64,000 nt of DNA from Candidatus Poribacteria bacterium (GTDB taxonomy: Bacteria > Poribacteria > WGA-4E > PCPOR2b). The notes beneath the pieces were generated by a model. The model worked only from the letters and a program-made list of their open reading frames with translations, had not been told where the DNA came from and did not search any database. A program made the position numbers and the translations under genes. Shown here in pieces: positions 1-11,085 of this stretch. How positions within the stretch are numbered: the stretch's first letter is position 1; each line of letters starts with the position of its first letter. The stretch lies in the NCBI GenBank assembly GCA_965198175.1, contig OZ240245.1:3200001-3264000 (forward strand). The letters are read 5' to 3'.

Positions 1-165
1 AGAGTCCCACGCCGATGGGAATCCCGCCGGGTGGGGGGTGAGAAAAGAAGAACCGTGACGGATGGCGGTGCGCCGGTTGTTCGTGACCGAAAAATTCAAG
101 AGATTGAAGTCTATTATGCTCTGCCCCTCGAAGAAGCATCTGTACCAGAAACATCTGCCCAGTGA
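1..165 (+). CDS. 3' end of an upstream CDS of unknown function (partial)
   Basis: Frame 1 is open from base 1 to TGA at 163-165, ending 9 bp before dprA. Confidence 0.45.
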   Translation, partial: RVPRRWESRRVGGEKRRTVTDGGAPVVRDRKIQEIEVYYALPLEEASVPETSAQ

Positions 166-174
166 GAACCGTAG

Positions 175-1386
175 ATGATGTTATCTGATGAAGTGAAGAG
201 CTTGATTCATCTCAGCATCATCCCCGGTGTTGGGAATCAAACGATTAGATGTTTGTTGGCGGCTTTTGGATCCGCTCAGAGGGCTTTGACTGCAACATCG
301 GAGGAATTAGCTCAAATTGATGGACTGACACGTAATGCGCGGCAACGACTGGTCAACGGCAGGTCACGGGTCTCCTTGAATCGCGAACTTGAACTCATTC
401 AATCTCATCAGTGCCACATCGTTACGTTTGAGGATGAAACTTATCCACCACTTCTCAAGCAGATTGATGACCCACCGCTATTACTTTATATCAAGAGGCA
501 GTTGCCTTCGCAAGACACGTTGAGCATCGCGATCGTGGGGTCGCGGAGTCCCACCCTTTATGGGAGAACGACCTGTCATCAACTTAGCCAGCTGCTTGCA
601 GCACGAGGGGTCACCATCGTCAGTGGGTTTGCACGCGGCATTGATACCTCCGCACACCGGGGTGCACTAGAAGCAGGCGGCCGAACAATCGCCGTGATGG
701 GAAATGGATTGAGTCACATATACCCAGAGGAAAATCGAGACCTCGCAGATGAGATCCTCGAATCCGGCGGCGCTCTTATCTCTGAGTTCCCGATGACGGT
801 GCCACCGATGGGAACCAACTTTCCGCTTCGAAATCGCGTCATCAGCGGTCTAACCTATGGAACTCTCGTTGTTGAAGCATCTGAACGCAGTGGATCGTTG
901 ATTACCGCTCGGCTCGCCGCTGAACAAGGACGCGAAGTTTTTGCGGTGCCAGGACAAATATTCTCAAAGCTTTCTCAAGGTACGCACAGACTTATCAATG
1001 AGGGCGCCACGCTCATCCACTCGGTAGACGATCTTTTTGATGGACTACCCCAGAACTATGTGGAATTGGCAGCCTCAATACCCCCATCCTCTCAAAGCCG
1101 CGATCAGGAGCCGCCCCCGCTTTCAACAATTAGCCATCCACGCCAGTTAACGTTGGAGAATTTATCTCAGTCAGAGGATGTATTGGACGCTCCCCCGGCT
1201 CCCTCTGTACAACTGACCCCAGATGAAGGGGTAGTTCTCTCAGCAATTGATTCCCCCACCTCACACATCGATCAGATTGTTCGGGCATCGCAACTCCCGA
1301 TTAACCGAGTATCCAGTATTCTCCTCACCCTTGAACTAAAAGGAGTCGTCGAGCAGTTGCCGGGCAAACAATTTGCAATAAAATAA
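175..1386 (+). CDS. dprA: DNA-processing protein DprA
   Basis: AIVGSR, VSGFARGID, ISEFP, FPLRNRVISG and SGSLITA motifs; C-terminal winged helix (LLTLELKG). Confidence 0.95.
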   Translation: MMLSDEVKSLIHLSIIPGVGNQTIRCLLAAFGSAQRALTATSEELAQIDGLTRNARQRLVNGRSRVSLNRELELIQSHQCHIVTFEDETYPPLLKQIDDPPLLLYIKRQLPSQDTLSIAIVGSRSPTLYGRTTCHQLSQLLAARGVTIVSGFARGIDTSAHRGALEAGGRTIAVMGNGLSHIYPEENRDLADEILESGGALISEFPMTVPPMGTNFPLRNRVISGLTYGTLVVEASERSGSLITARLAAEQGREVFAVPGQIFSKLSQGTHRLINEGATLIHSVDDLFDGLPQNYVELAASIPPSSQSRDQEPPPLSTISHPRQLTLENLSQSEDVLDAPPAPSVQLTPDEGVVLSAIDSPTSHIDQIVRASQLPINRVSSILLTLELKGVVEQLPGKQFAIK

Positions 1387-1398
1387 GAGATTGAGATT

Positions 1399-2370
1399 AT
1401 GCGCTCAAAAAATTTGGACTTTGAAAAACCACTCATCGAGTTAGATCAACACATTGCAGACCTGAAAGCCTTTGCCGAAGCAAATCCAGAGTCGAGCATT
1501 ACTGAAAATATTAGAGCTCTCGAAGTTGATTCTAATCGATTTACCCGGCAAACCTTCCAGAAACTTACTCGGTGGAATAAAGTTTGGCTGGCGAGACATG
1601 AAGAACGCCCACAAACCCCGATATATGTCAACGCTCTCTTCGATAATCCGATTGAACTGCACGGAGACAAGCTGTATGACGACGATCGAGCGTTGACTGG
1701 CGGTCTTGCCTGGTTCGATGGGCAGCCAATTGTCTATCTTGCCCATCAGAAGGGCACGAATCTTAAAGAGCGACAAGCGGTCAATTTTGGAATGCCCCAC
1801 CCAGAGGGGTATCGCAAGGCACGGCGGTTAATGAAATTTGCTGAAAAGTTTAATCGCCCCGTAATCAGCTTTGTCGACACGCCCGCTGCTCATTTCGATA
1901 GAGGCTCGGAAGAGCGTGGACAAGCGATGGCGATTGCGGAAAATTTGGCGGAGATGTCTCGTTTACAGGTGCCAATGATTGTCGTAGTGATTGGTGAGGG
2001 AGGTAGTGGAGGAGCGATAGCCATCGCAATGGGCGATCGGGTGCTAATGATGGAATACTCCATCTATTGCGTCGCGCCGCCAGAAGCGTGCAGCGGTATC
2101 GTGTGGAAGGACGATGGGGCGCACGCTCCTGACGCCGCAGAAGCTCTGAAACCCACCGCAGCGGATCTGCTGGAATTCGGCATTATTGATGGAATCATCC
2201 GTGAACCGATTGGTGGGGCACATCGCGATGTCTCGTTGGCTACCAAGCGTGTCAAATCTGCGATTCGGAAACATCTGAAAGAGTTGATGCAACTCGATCT
2301 CGATGTGTTACTTCAGCAGCGATATGAACGATACCGCAGAATAGGAATCTACGGTGAAGAAAATCTTTGA
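1399..2370 (+). CDS. accA: Acetyl-CoA carboxylase carboxyltransferase alpha subunit
   Basis: LDFEKP, NFGMPHPEGYRKA, IGEGGSGGA and EPIGGAHRD motifs. Confidence 0.95.
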   Translation: MRSKNLDFEKPLIELDQHIADLKAFAEANPESSITENIRALEVDSNRFTRQTFQKLTRWNKVWLARHEERPQTPIYVNALFDNPIELHGDKLYDDDRALTGGLAWFDGQPIVYLAHQKGTNLKERQAVNFGMPHPEGYRKARRLMKFAEKFNRPVISFVDTPAAHFDRGSEERGQAMAIAENLAEMSRLQVPMIVVVIGEGGSGGAIAIAMGDRVLMMEYSIYCVAPPEACSGIVWKDDGAHAPDAAEALKPTAADLLEFGIIDGIIREPIGGAHRDVSLATKRVKSAIRKHLKELMQLDLDVLLQQRYERYRRIGIYGEENL

Positions 2371-2393
2371 AACGTGAGTAAGGCGGGTGTCAA

Positions 2394-3878
2394 GTGTCAC
2401 ACTTTAGGACGACTTCTCAATCGTTTATCGTCTCCCTTCTGATTCACCTCTTGATTGCTTTTGTCTTGGGTGTGTTTTTAGTAACTCAGACGCGAACGTT
2501 TCGTGATCTCATTGACGCAAGCATTCTGCGACCAGCTAACCCTCCTAAGCCGAAAATCCGCAAACCGATGATCAAGCCTATCACCAAGCCTACCGTTCCC
2601 ACTCAATCAATGACTGCTGTCGACCGAGTGCAACCAACCCCCCGTGTCACAACAGCGGTGACCTTCAGAAGCCCTCGCGTTACCAGTGAGCAGGAAATTG
2701 AATTTTCCAATCGCCGCCTACAGCTCGACTCACCTCCCAACCCAAACCGACCAAGGATTGTCGACCCCGATCAACCAACTACCAACCTAATCACCCATGT
2801 CAATCTCCCCGACTCCGAATCTCCAGGGGTGTTAGAATCTTCTACGTCTGTTCCGGACGGAGGCGGCAGTGTTTACCGGTTGACCCATCGTGGAATTAGC
2901 GGTGCACACCACGACATTCCGATTGGGCAGAGCCGCCACCGTATGGCATCAGGAATCCAATCCCTACTTGATGCAACTGACGCCGAGCCTTCTGCGCTCA
3001 ATGCTTTGAACCGCCAGATTCGATTGGGAAATCAACTAATGGTTCCACTCAAGGCGAACGAATTAGGTGCCCGAATTTACACCGACCCCTGCACTGGTAT
3101 GCCCACCGGCTATTTTCATATCTGTTATGTCCGTTTTCGCCAACGAGGCATGAATGAATTTTTTCGCGTTGATCCGACCGCCCTATACTTCTTGGTGAGA
3201 TGGATGACGCATAGCACGCACATCAAGGGCAGAATCGCTGGTCGAACGCTTTTTCTTGATGACCCTGGGATCCACGAATCACCCATGCTCTATATGAATG
3301 GCACACGGGCAGCGCGCCTGCGCCCTGCAGAAAAGTGGAACCTCAGACGTTACCTCGTTGAGAAAGGCGGCTTCATCTTTGTTGATGACGACATGGGGGA
3401 AGGTAGCGCATCCGTCCGAGCTTTTGCGCGTTCTCTGCGCGCACAGTTCCGGGAGATAATCCTTCAGGCGGGTGGCAGAGAACTCACGAAGATTCCGAAC
3501 GATCACCCAATCTGGAATGAACCGTTTAAGCTCGGTGGGCAACCTGCAAGTCCCAATCCCTATAGCCGACCGACCCTTCCGATGACAGCGTTTGAGTTGA
3601 ACGGACGTCTCTCCGTTGTCATTAGTTATGACGATTATAACAACGGTTGGGAAGCTCCCGGCAGGGGTATGGGCGGGATCGATTTTGTGCCTTCAATCCT
3701 ACGCATGGGCGCGAATTTTATGCTCTATGCAGGGACGCATGGTAGGATTAGTGATTACACGCACTATATTCCGCCCGAGAAGTGGAGAAATGAGGATGCC
3801 CTGGAACCTGTGCCGACACGAGCGCCTCAAGCCGCTTCTATTTCAGCCGTAGACCGCCATTTGGATGGTTTCAAGTAA
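2394..3878 (+). CDS. Membrane-anchored protein with Pro/Thr-rich linker and C-terminal DUF4159-like domain
   Basis: N-terminal TM helix (SLLIHLL); C-terminal LRRYLVEKGGFIFVDD, IPNDHPIW and LRMGANFMLYA motifs. Confidence 0.7.
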   Translation: MSHFRTTSQSFIVSLLIHLLIAFVLGVFLVTQTRTFRDLIDASILRPANPPKPKIRKPMIKPITKPTVPTQSMTAVDRVQPTPRVTTAVTFRSPRVTSEQEIEFSNRRLQLDSPPNPNRPRIVDPDQPTTNLITHVNLPDSESPGVLESSTSVPDGGGSVYRLTHRGISGAHHDIPIGQSRHRMASGIQSLLDATDAEPSALNALNRQIRLGNQLMVPLKANELGARIYTDPCTGMPTGYFHICYVRFRQRGMNEFFRVDPTALYFLVRWMTHSTHIKGRIAGRTLFLDDPGIHESPMLYMNGTRAARLRPAEKWNLRRYLVEKGGFIFVDDDMGEGSASVRAFARSLRAQFREIILQAGGRELTKIPNDHPIWNEPFKLGGQPASPNPYSRPTLPMTAFELNGRLSVVISYDDYNNGWEAPGRGMGGIDFVPSILRMGANFMLYAGTHGRISDYTHYIPPEKWRNEDALEPVPTRAPQAASISAVDRHLDGFK

Positions 3879-4058
3879 CTGCGACGACCTGTAAAACTGC
3901 TATAGAATCTCCATCCGCTTCTCTCCATATCGCTGCGACATGTAGAGTATTTCATCGCGTTCTGCAGTAAACGCTAATCTAGCTCATCCTTCTTGCTCAT
4001 GTATTCTTCAGCATCATTTTTCAATTGAACCCGCCGGAACGGTAAGAGAAGGCTAAAT

Positions 4059-4773
4059 ATGCGCATTCGTGCGCGATTCATCTGGAACTATGTCGCGATT
4101 GTCTTGGTAATATTGCCGGCAATTTCGTAATACCTGAATCACGCTCTGAGACAGATGCTAGATGGGCGAATCACCGACGAATTAAGAGTTAAATCGAAAT
4201 TGACGCGCGAGTTTCTGATTAAGCCCCTGCCAGATACGCTTGATTACAAGGCAGTAGATGCGCTGATAGACAAACTTGGAGAAGCCACCGAGGCGCGCCT
4301 GACCTTTAGCGGGGTTGATGGAACGGTGTGGGGGGAGACCGAACGGGATGGGAAATCTTAGCGCCAGATGGACAATCGCCGTAATCGTCTAGATGTACAA
4401 GACGCCTTGTCCAGTGGAAGTAGCATAGCCGATCGATACAGCACCACTATTGAAACTTCCCTGCGTTATTACGCACTGCTGGTCTTTCGCCAAAGCGAGG
4501 TGATTGGCATCTACCGGGCGGGATAGCCCATGCGTGAGGTCAATGCTGCCCTTGCCCGTTTTAATCACGCCGTCGTATTGACAAGCGGCGTTGGACTTGT
4601 CGGCGTGATTCTTTTGAGTATCATGGCTGCGGGACGAACCGCTAAACCCATCCAGGAACTAGTTCAAACCACGAAGGCACTTTCAGAAGGCGATGTCACT
4701 GCGCGTGTGCACACTTCTACGTCCGGGGAGCTCGCACAGTTGTGCCGTCATTTCAATCATGTGGCGCATCGGG
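4059..4773 (+). pseudogene. phoR: PhoR-like sensor kinase remnant (TM-periplasmic-TM-HAMP); kinase domains missing
   Basis: Single frame from ATG 4059 with in-frame stops TAA 4128, TAG 4359 and TAG 4524; HAMP motif (KPIQEL...GELAQL...FNH); adjacent to the pst operon. Confidence 0.75.
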
Positions 4774-5259
4774 TTGAAGCGCAATCCGGAAACACAACGG
4801 ATTCCTGTGGTGATGTTGACAGCGAAAGGAGAGGAGGCAGATCGGATTGTTGGGCTGGAGTTGGGAGCGGACGATTACATCACCAAACCCTTCAGCCTCA
4901 GAGAAGTTGTCCTGCGGGTTCAAGCCATACCTAGTCGCATTGCCGGCGATCGAAACGCATCTTCTACCTCAAAACTTCGTGTCAACGGATTGACAATCGA
5001 TCTGGAAAAACTTCATGGCTTCAGTGAAGCGGGGTAAATCGATCTGACTTCTACTTAGTTCAAGATGCTGTCGTTATTCGTCGGGGCACCGGGCCGTGTC
5101 TTTACCCGTAGTATTTTGATGGAAGTGGTTTGGGGACAGGAGTACTACGGCGTGGATCGCACGATAGACACGCACATCAGCCGGTTGCGACGCAAATTGG
5201 GAGATTTTGGCGATCTCATTGAGACCGTGCATGGAGTCGGTTATTGGTTCAAAGTGTAG
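4774..5259 (+). pseudogene. phoB: PhoB/OmpR-family response regulator remnant (lacks N-terminal half of the receiver)
   Basis: [32 protein letters not shown], then the wHTH (DRTIDTHISRLRRKLG...TVHGVGY) in the same frame, with stops TAA 5035 and TAG 5056. Confidence 0.8.
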
Positions 5260-5271
5260 CTCCCGTCACAA

Positions 5272-5952
5272 CTATACTGAATTGTCCTTATGCTTCAAGG
5301 CGCCCGGATGCCGAATCACATCGCCTTCAACGAGGTAATACACCTCTTCGCCGATATTTGCCGCCAAATCGCCAATCCGCTCCAAATGGCGGAAGAGCAG
5401 CAAGGTGCTGATACCAGGGCGGATGAGTTCAGGTCGCTCAATCATGTAAGTCAACAGTTCGCGCAAGGTCTGGTCGTAGATGGCGTCCACTTGCTCATCT
5501 CGTTCCCGAACCTCTTGCGCTAAGACAGCGTCGCGGTTTACAAAGGCATCAAGCGAGTCTTTCACCATCTCCTGAACAATCCCTGCGACGCGGGGCAGAT
5601 CGATAAACGGTTTAACGGGTGCATCCTGCATCAATTCAAGGCTTCGCTGCGCGATATCGACCGACTTATCCGCCATTCGCTCTAGGTCGCGGTTTATCTT
5701 CATCGCCATCGTGAGAAAACGGACATCTGACGCTGCGGGCTGATGGAGCGCGATGAGCTGGATGCAGTATTCTTCGATCTCATTCTCAAGTGCATCGGCT
5801 TCGTCATCATCGTCAATGACAGCGTGAGCAAGTTCCACGTCGCGGTTGAGAACGGACTCTACCGCTCGGCGCAGCATATCTTCTGCCAACCCCCCGAGTC
5901 GGAGCAGTTTCTGTTGGAGTTCCTTTAATTCGAGTTCAAAGTGGCGCTGCAT
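5272..5952 (-). CDS. phoU: Phosphate signalling complex protein PhoU
   Basis: Duplicated PhoU domains (QPAASDVR, DLERMAD, LERIGDLA); RBS GGAGG before ATG 5952. Confidence 0.95.
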   Translation of the reverse strand: MQRHFELELKELQQKLLRLGGLAEDMLRRAVESVLNRDVELAHAVIDDDDEADALENEIEEYCIQLIALHQPAASDVRFLTMAMKINRDLERMADKSVDIAQRSLELMQDAPVKPFIDLPRVAGIVQEMVKDSLDAFVNRDAVLAQEVRERDEQVDAIYDQTLRELLTYMIERPELIRPGISTLLLFRHLERIGDLAANIGEEVYYLVEGDVIRHPGALKHKDNSV

Positions 5953-6099
5953 TGTGGCACCTCCTTTCACTGGATGATTTTAGTATCGCTCATCCCGTCC
6001 ATCAAGAGATTTCTGGGCTCATTAAGTGAATGCGTGGTCGGTAATGCCTACGTGATGAATAGTCATTCAGACCGATTGCCCCCAGAAGTTTATGACCAA

Positions 6100-6879
6100 T
6101 TAACCAAACTTGCCTGTGATGTAAGCTTCCGTCCGAGAATCCCCCGGTTTGGTGAATATTTTTTCCGTAACACCGAACTCAATCAGTTCGCCGAGGTAAA
6201 GGAAAGCGGTAAAATCAGAGACGCGCGCCGCCTGCTGCATGTTGTGCGTGACGATTAGAACTGTATAGTTGTCTTTCAGTTCCAGAATCAGTTCCTCGAT
6301 TTTACCCGTGGCGATTGGATCGAGAGCTGAACACGGCTCATCAAGCAACAACACCTCGGGTTCAATCGCCAAAGTCCTGGCGATGCATAGCCGCTGTTGT
6401 TGTCCACCGGAAAGTGCGTACGCGTTGTCTTTGAGCTTGTCCTTTACTTCATTCCAAAGCGCAGCCTTTTTGAGACTCTCTTCAACAATCGTGTCAAGCT
6501 CAAGACGGTTGCGGACTCCTGAAATTTTAGGACCATAAGCCACATTGTCATAGATCGATTTTGGAAACGGGTTCTGCTTCTGAAAGACCATCCCAAGCCG
6601 CAAACGCACCTCAACCGGATCGATTGCGGGAGAATAAAGATCCTCGCCTTCCAAGAGGATCTGTCCCGCCAGCTTAAAAGTGGGGATGAAGTCGTTCATC
6701 CGATTGAAGCAGCGGATGAGCGTACTCTTGCCACATCCGGATGGACCAATCAACGCGGTCACTTTGTAACGTTCAATATCAAACGAAATATCTTTCAGCG
6801 CCGGTGTTGTGCTATACCAAGCGTTGACATTTTGCACATTCAAGATGGAGTGTACTTTTTCGGCTTGCGAGTCTTTCAT
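6100..6879 (-). CDS. pstB: Phosphate ABC transporter ATP-binding protein
   Basis: [31 protein letters not shown] and YITGKFG motifs. Confidence 0.95.
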   Translation of the reverse strand: MKDSQAEKVHSILNVQNVNAWYSTTPALKDISFDIERYKVTALIGPSGCGKSTLIRCFNRMNDFIPTFKLAGQILLEGEDLYSPAIDPVEVRLRLGMVFQKQNPFPKSIYDNVAYGPKISGVRNRLELDTIVEESLKKAALWNEVKDKLKDNAYALSGGQQQRLCIARTLAIEPEVLLLDEPCSALDPIATGKIEELILELKDNYTVLIVTHNMQQAARVSDFTAFLYLGELIEFGVTEKIFTKPGDSRTEAYITGKFG

Positions 6880-6886
6880 CGTTGCC

Positions 6887-7765
6887 TCACAGGTATTGTT
6901 TCTGATAACGGTTGCGCAAAAAGATAGCGAGCGCATTCAAGAGCAGCGTCACCGCCAACAGGACAACAATTCCTGCTGCGGCGTTAATGTGAAAATCTTT
7001 CTGTGGTCGGGAAACCCAATTGAATATCTGAATGGGTAACGCCGAAAATGAAGAGAGCGGGTCGTCAGGCAGAAACGGGACATAGGTCAGTGCCCCGATT
7101 GTAATCAATGGAGCGGTCTCACCAATCGCACGGGAAATTGCAAGGATTACGCCGGTGAGAATCCCCGGAAATGCCATGGGCAAGACATGGTGACTTATCG
7201 TCTGCCAACGTGAGGCGCCTAATGCGTATGCCGCTTCGCGGATGGTATCCGGCACTGACCGAATTGCCTCGCGAGCGGCAATTATGACAATCGGAAGCAC
7301 CAGTAACACCAATGTTAACGCCCCCGCTAGAAGGCTCTTATCCAAGCGCATTGCCCTGACAAATAGTCCCAAACCTAAGAGCCCATAGATAATCGAAGGG
7401 ACCCCTGCTAAATTGGCGACATTCACTTCAATGATGCGACTGATACGACTTGATTGATTTGTATATTCTTCAAGATAGATTGCGGCGCCCACACCTATCG
7501 GGACGCCAATTAACGCGGTTAGGATAATCAGGTACACACTTCCGACCAACGCCGAGAAAATTCCAGCTTCTGCCGGCTTTCGGGAGGGAAAGCTGGTGAG
7601 AAATTCCCAACCGAGTCGTGGAACTCCGTCGATTAGCGCATCAATGAGCAACGCTCCCAATGTTATAAGCGCAATCAACACGCCGATTGCTGCAACAAGC
7701 TGAAAGATTCGATCGTTCCACTTTTGTCGGTTGAGTAGCGTTTTGAGTTGCGTTCTTGAGGTCAT
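6887..7765 (-). CDS. pstA: Phosphate ABC transporter permease PstA
   Basis: [14 protein letters not shown] and RAIGETAPL motifs; operon position. Confidence 0.93.
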   Translation of the reverse strand: MTSRTQLKTLLNRQKWNDRIFQLVAAIGVLIALITLGALLIDALIDGVPRLGWEFLTSFPSRKPAEAGIFSALVGSVYLIILTALIGVPIGVGAAIYLEEYTNQSSRISRIIEVNVANLAGVPSIIYGLLGLGLFVRAMRLDKSLLAGALTLVLLVLPIVIIAAREAIRSVPDTIREAAYALGASRWQTISHHVLPMAFPGILTGVILAISRAIGETAPLITIGALTYVPFLPDDPLSSFSALPIQIFNWVSRPQKDFHINAAAGIVVLLAVTLLLNALAIFLRNRYQKQYL

Positions 7766-8673
7766 TCGTACCTTTCCCTAAAGCGCTGGCGCATCCGGTC
7801 GGCGAAGATGTTGAGTACAAAAGTTGAAAGAAACAGAACCATACCCACCGCAAAAATCGTTCGGTATTCAAGCGTGCCGCTCGGCGTGTCACCCAAACTG
7901 ACCTGAACGATGTAGGTAGTTATCGTCTCAATGGCGACCAACGGGTTAAACGTGAGATTGGCTTTCTGGCCCGCTGCGATTGAAACCAACATCGTCTCAC
8001 CGATGGCGCGCGAAACTGCGATAACAAAAGATGCCGTGATACCGGAGAACGCTGCTGGTACAACTACCCGCCAAGCTACCTGAAGACGCGAAGACCCCAA
8101 CGCATAGGCTGCATCTCGCAAACTCCGTGGCACGGCAAACATCGCATCCTCGCTTAACGACGAGACCAGCGGTAAGATCATGATGCCCATTACAATGCCG
8201 GGCGAAAGCGCGTTAAACCCTTCAAGAGAAGGAATAAAACGCTGCAAAAGCGGCGTGACAAATAGCAGGGCAAAGTAGCCATAGACAATTGTGGGAACGC
8301 CAGCCAATATCTCCAAGATGGGTTTCAACACGCGCCGCAGCCTATCTGGCGCGTATTCGCTCAGGAAGATTGCTGTCAATATTCCTAGTGGCACCGCCAT
8401 GAGCATGGCGATTAGCGACGTTAAGACAGTCCCTGACAGGAGCGGAAGCACTCCGAACCGTTTGTTGACGGAGAGCGGTGCCCACTCTGTGCCGGTTAGA
8501 AAATCGAAGACCGAAACCTCCTCGAAAAAGGCGATTGTCTCGAACAAGAGCACGCCGATGATGCCAACGGTCGTTAAAATTGAGAGCAGTCCACAAGCCA
8601 AAAGGCTCCGTTCAATGATTCGTTCAATGATTTGCTCGATGATTCGAGATAGCTTTTTCTGCTTGGTTTTCAT
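7762..8673 (-). CDS. pstC: Phosphate ABC transporter permease PstC
   Basis: [12 protein letters not shown] and SRAIGETM motifs; operon position. Confidence 0.93.
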   Translation of the reverse strand: MKTKQKKLSRIIEQIIERIIERSLLACGLLSILTTVGIIGVLLFETIAFFEEVSVFDFLTGTEWAPLSVNKRFGVLPLLSGTVLTSLIAMLMAVPLGILTAIFLSEYAPDRLRRVLKPILEILAGVPTIVYGYFALLFVTPLLQRFIPSLEGFNALSPGIVMGIMILPLVSSLSEDAMFAVPRSLRDAAYALGSSRLQVAWRVVVPAAFSGITASFVIAVSRAIGETMLVSIAAGQKANLTFNPLVAIETITTYIVQVSLGDTPSGTLEYRTIFAVGMVLFLSTFVLNIFADRMRQRFRERYE

Positions 8674-8758
8674 AGGAATCGGTCATCGCAATTGAGGGGT
8701 TCGATGAAAAATCGAAAGGAACCCCATCGTTGTTCGACCACGAAATACTGAGAGTCCC

Positions 8759-9766
8759 TTAATTCATGTCACCGCGGAGCACGTCATCAATCGAGACACC
8801 CGTTGTCGAGCCTTTACCGCCGAAGACTGAACCGGTGACGCGGTTTTGGAAACGCTGCCGGATGAGTTGGTATGTCTCGTCCGGCAGCGGAATGTAGTCA
8901 ACTTCCTCCGTCAATGTTTTCGCGTGCTTTAGATAGAACTCAACAAATCTCTCAACCTCAGGACGATCAGCGGACTGCTTGCTTACGTAAATGAAAATTG
9001 GCCTTGAGAGCGGCTGATAGGTCGCATTCTTGACCGTTTCAAGTGAGGGTACGATTGGGCCGTCGCCGTTGTCCGATTTTTCATCATCAATCGGTACGAG
9101 CTTCAGAATATCCCGATTCGCTTCGTAGTAGGCGAGTCCAAAGACCCCGAGCGCGTACCGGTCATAGGCGACCGCCTGCACAAGCACATTGTCATCTTCG
9201 CTAACGACAAAATCGCCGCGACTCGCTCCCTCTTCGCCACAGACGGCTTTCGTAAAGTAGTCATAGGAGCCAGAATCCGCCCCCGGACCAGCCAGTGAGA
9301 TCTTCTTTTTGGGCCACTCAGGTCGAATCTGATTCCAATACATGATTTGTCCCTGTGACTCCGGCTCCCAAAGCTTTTTGAGTTCCGCAACGGTCAAGTA
9401 ATCCACCCAATCATTTTTCGGGTTGATTGTAACCGCCAATCCGTCGAATGCCACCGGCAGTTCAATGTATTCGATGCCGTTCTTCTTGCACAATTCCACC
9501 TCGGTCGGTTTGATAGGACGCGACGCATTGGTCACGTCGGTTTCGCCCCGCCCGAATTGCTTAAACCCGCCGCCGGTTCCGGAAATACCAACAGTAACTC
9601 TGAGTTTGCGGTTTTCTTTCTGGAATTCTTCAGCCACCGCTTCGGTGATAGGGAAGACGGTGCTAGAACCATCCACTTCAATCAAATAGGAATCGTCGCC
9701 ACAACCGCTGAAAAACACGCTCGACAGGAGCGCAAGTATGCCGATCCATCTGAATCGATAATACAT
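8759..9766 (-). CDS. pstS: Phosphate ABC transporter substrate-binding lipoprotein PstS
   Basis: [15 protein letters not shown] and YQPLSRP motifs; lipobox FFSGC after ATG 9766. The ORF is open to 9868. Confidence 0.93.
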   Translation of the reverse strand: MYYRFRWIGILALLSSVFFSGCGDDSYLIEVDGSSTVFPITEAVAEEFQKENRKLRVTVGISGTGGGFKQFGRGETDVTNASRPIKPTEVELCKKNGIEYIELPVAFDGLAVTINPKNDWVDYLTVAELKKLWEPESQGQIMYWNQIRPEWPKKKISLAGPGADSGSYDYFTKAVCGEEGASRGDFVVSEDDNVLVQAVAYDRYALGVFGLAYYEANRDILKLVPIDDEKSDNGDGPIVPSLETVKNATYQPLSRPIFIYVSKQSADRPEVERFVEFYLKHAKTLTEEVDYIPLPDETYQLIRQRFQNRVTGSVFGGKGSTTGVSIDDVLRGDMN

Positions 9767-9909
9767 GATAAACCACTCACCTCTCTTCCATCGGTCGAAA
9801 CCGCAGAACACGATCTTTACACTAAGAATACTTAGGAGGCTCGCACCTCCCTGAAAATGGGTTTGCATAACACCTCCACTTCATGGACGTTGTAAGTGTA
9901 ACACTCAGA

Positions 9910-9938
9910 TGTTACAAATTTATGACATTTCTGCGACT
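9910..9938 (-). promoter_or_regulatory. Pho-box array upstream of pstS
   Basis: Minus strand reads AGTCGCA-gaaa-TGTCATA-aatt-TGTAACA: three direct repeats at 11-bp spacing that match the PhoB box (TGTCA/TGTAAC). Confidence 0.7.
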
Positions 9939-10123
9939 TTGTGAAGAAAATTTTACTCTAGGGGACGGTGGATTATGCGCTACCCCGGTTCCTTCGGAAC
10001 GTCCTCTCGCCCGCATGGGCGGCGATTGGGTTGTCATTCTCCAACTTTCGTTGTGGCTAGACTGTTGAGCAAAGGACATCTCAAACCGTAAGAGCGTCTT
10101 AAACCTAATGGGGGTTGCGTTGG

Positions 10124-10924
10124 CTAGCTCATGGATGTTCCACCATCGACATGGATGCTCTGACCGGTGATGTTCCGCGCCTCCTCCGATGCCAAGAACG
10201 CCACCAGGTTGCCGATATCCTCCGGCGTCTGCTCTCGCTGAAGAGGAGTGTTCTGTTTCACCCAAAGGTCGAACACCTGACGCGGCTCAAGGTCAGTGTA
10301 ATCGGAATTGTCTCGCGCGACGAGCGGGGCGAGTTTCCGCCAGAACGCGGTCCAGACCAAGCCCGGACAGACCGCATTCACATTGATATTGTGGGGACCG
10401 AGATCCTTGGCTACCAATCGTGTCAGGTTCAAAAGGGCGTTTTTCGCTGCCGCATAGGCTGGCAAAACTTGTGGGTCTCGCTTTGCCGCGATGGAGGAGA
10501 TGTTGATTATCTTCCCATACTTTCGTTCCATCATATGCGGTGCAACGGCTTTGCAGAGGAAAAACGGACCTTTGACGTTGACGGCATAGTTGTCGTCCCA
10601 GTCCGCCTCGGTCTGGTTCGTGAAGGGCAGCCCTAACTGCTCGCCGAAATGTCCGGCGTTATTCACAAGGATGTCCAGGTTCCCGAACGCATTCCGCGCC
10701 TCATTCACTAAATCTTTGCAGTCATCCTCACTCGTCACATCTGACCGAACCGCAAGTCCGCGCCGACCCGTGTCCTCTATCATTTCGACACAACGCCTCG
10801 CGGCGTCCAAGTTTATGTCCGACACAACTATATCCGCACCTTCTCGTGCGAGGCACGCGCATATACCGCGCCCCATCCCGCCGCCACCACCGGTAACAAC
10901 GGCAATTCTACCTTCTAAGCGCAT
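10124..10924 (-). CDS. Short-chain dehydrogenase/reductase (SDR)
   Basis: TGGGGGMG, NNAG, YAAAK and VDGG motifs; RBS AAGGAG before ATG 10924. Confidence 0.9.
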   Translation of the reverse strand: MRLEGRIAVVTGGGGGMGRGICACLAREGADIVVSDINLDAARRCVEMIEDTGRRGLAVRSDVTSEDDCKDLVNEARNAFGNLDILVNNAGHFGEQLGLPFTNQTEADWDDNYAVNVKGPFFLCKAVAPHMMERKYGKIINISSIAAKRDPQVLPAYAAAKNALLNLTRLVAKDLGPHNINVNAVCPGLVWTAFWRKLAPLVARDNSDYTDLEPRQVFDLWVKQNTPLQREQTPEDIGNLVAFLASEEARNITGQSIHVDGGTSMS

Positions 10925-10982
10925 GTGAGGCTCCTTTCGAGAAGTTAGATGGACTAGCAATGCCCCGCACAGACAGCACGCA

Positions 10983-11017
10983 AAGAAACCGAGTTTTTCA
11001 AAAAAACTCGGTTTCTT
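10983..11017. repeat. REP-like palindrome family A (AGAAACCGAGTTTT-n-AAAACTCGGTTTCT), copy 1
   Basis: 16-bp perfect inverted repeat; near-identical copies at 27219-27248 and 33669-33700. Confidence 0.8.
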
Positions 11018-11085
11018 CCGATTACCCCTCACTGTCGTTGAAAAAAATTACTATAGTTTCCATGATATATTTACGTTTTGACGGT

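Noticed and set aside
3900..4030. Possible receiver-domain remnant on the minus strand (LKNDAEEYMSKKDEL...)
   Set aside because: Too short and interrupted by a stop, so it cannot be supported as a feature.
4059..5259. Stop-codon reassignment or readthrough to explain the in-frame stops in phoR/phoB (and at 16673 and 61407)
   Set aside because: The stops are a mix of TAA, TAG and TGA. All three end intact genes in this window, and phoR/phoB also carries a large deletion, so decay is the simpler explanation.
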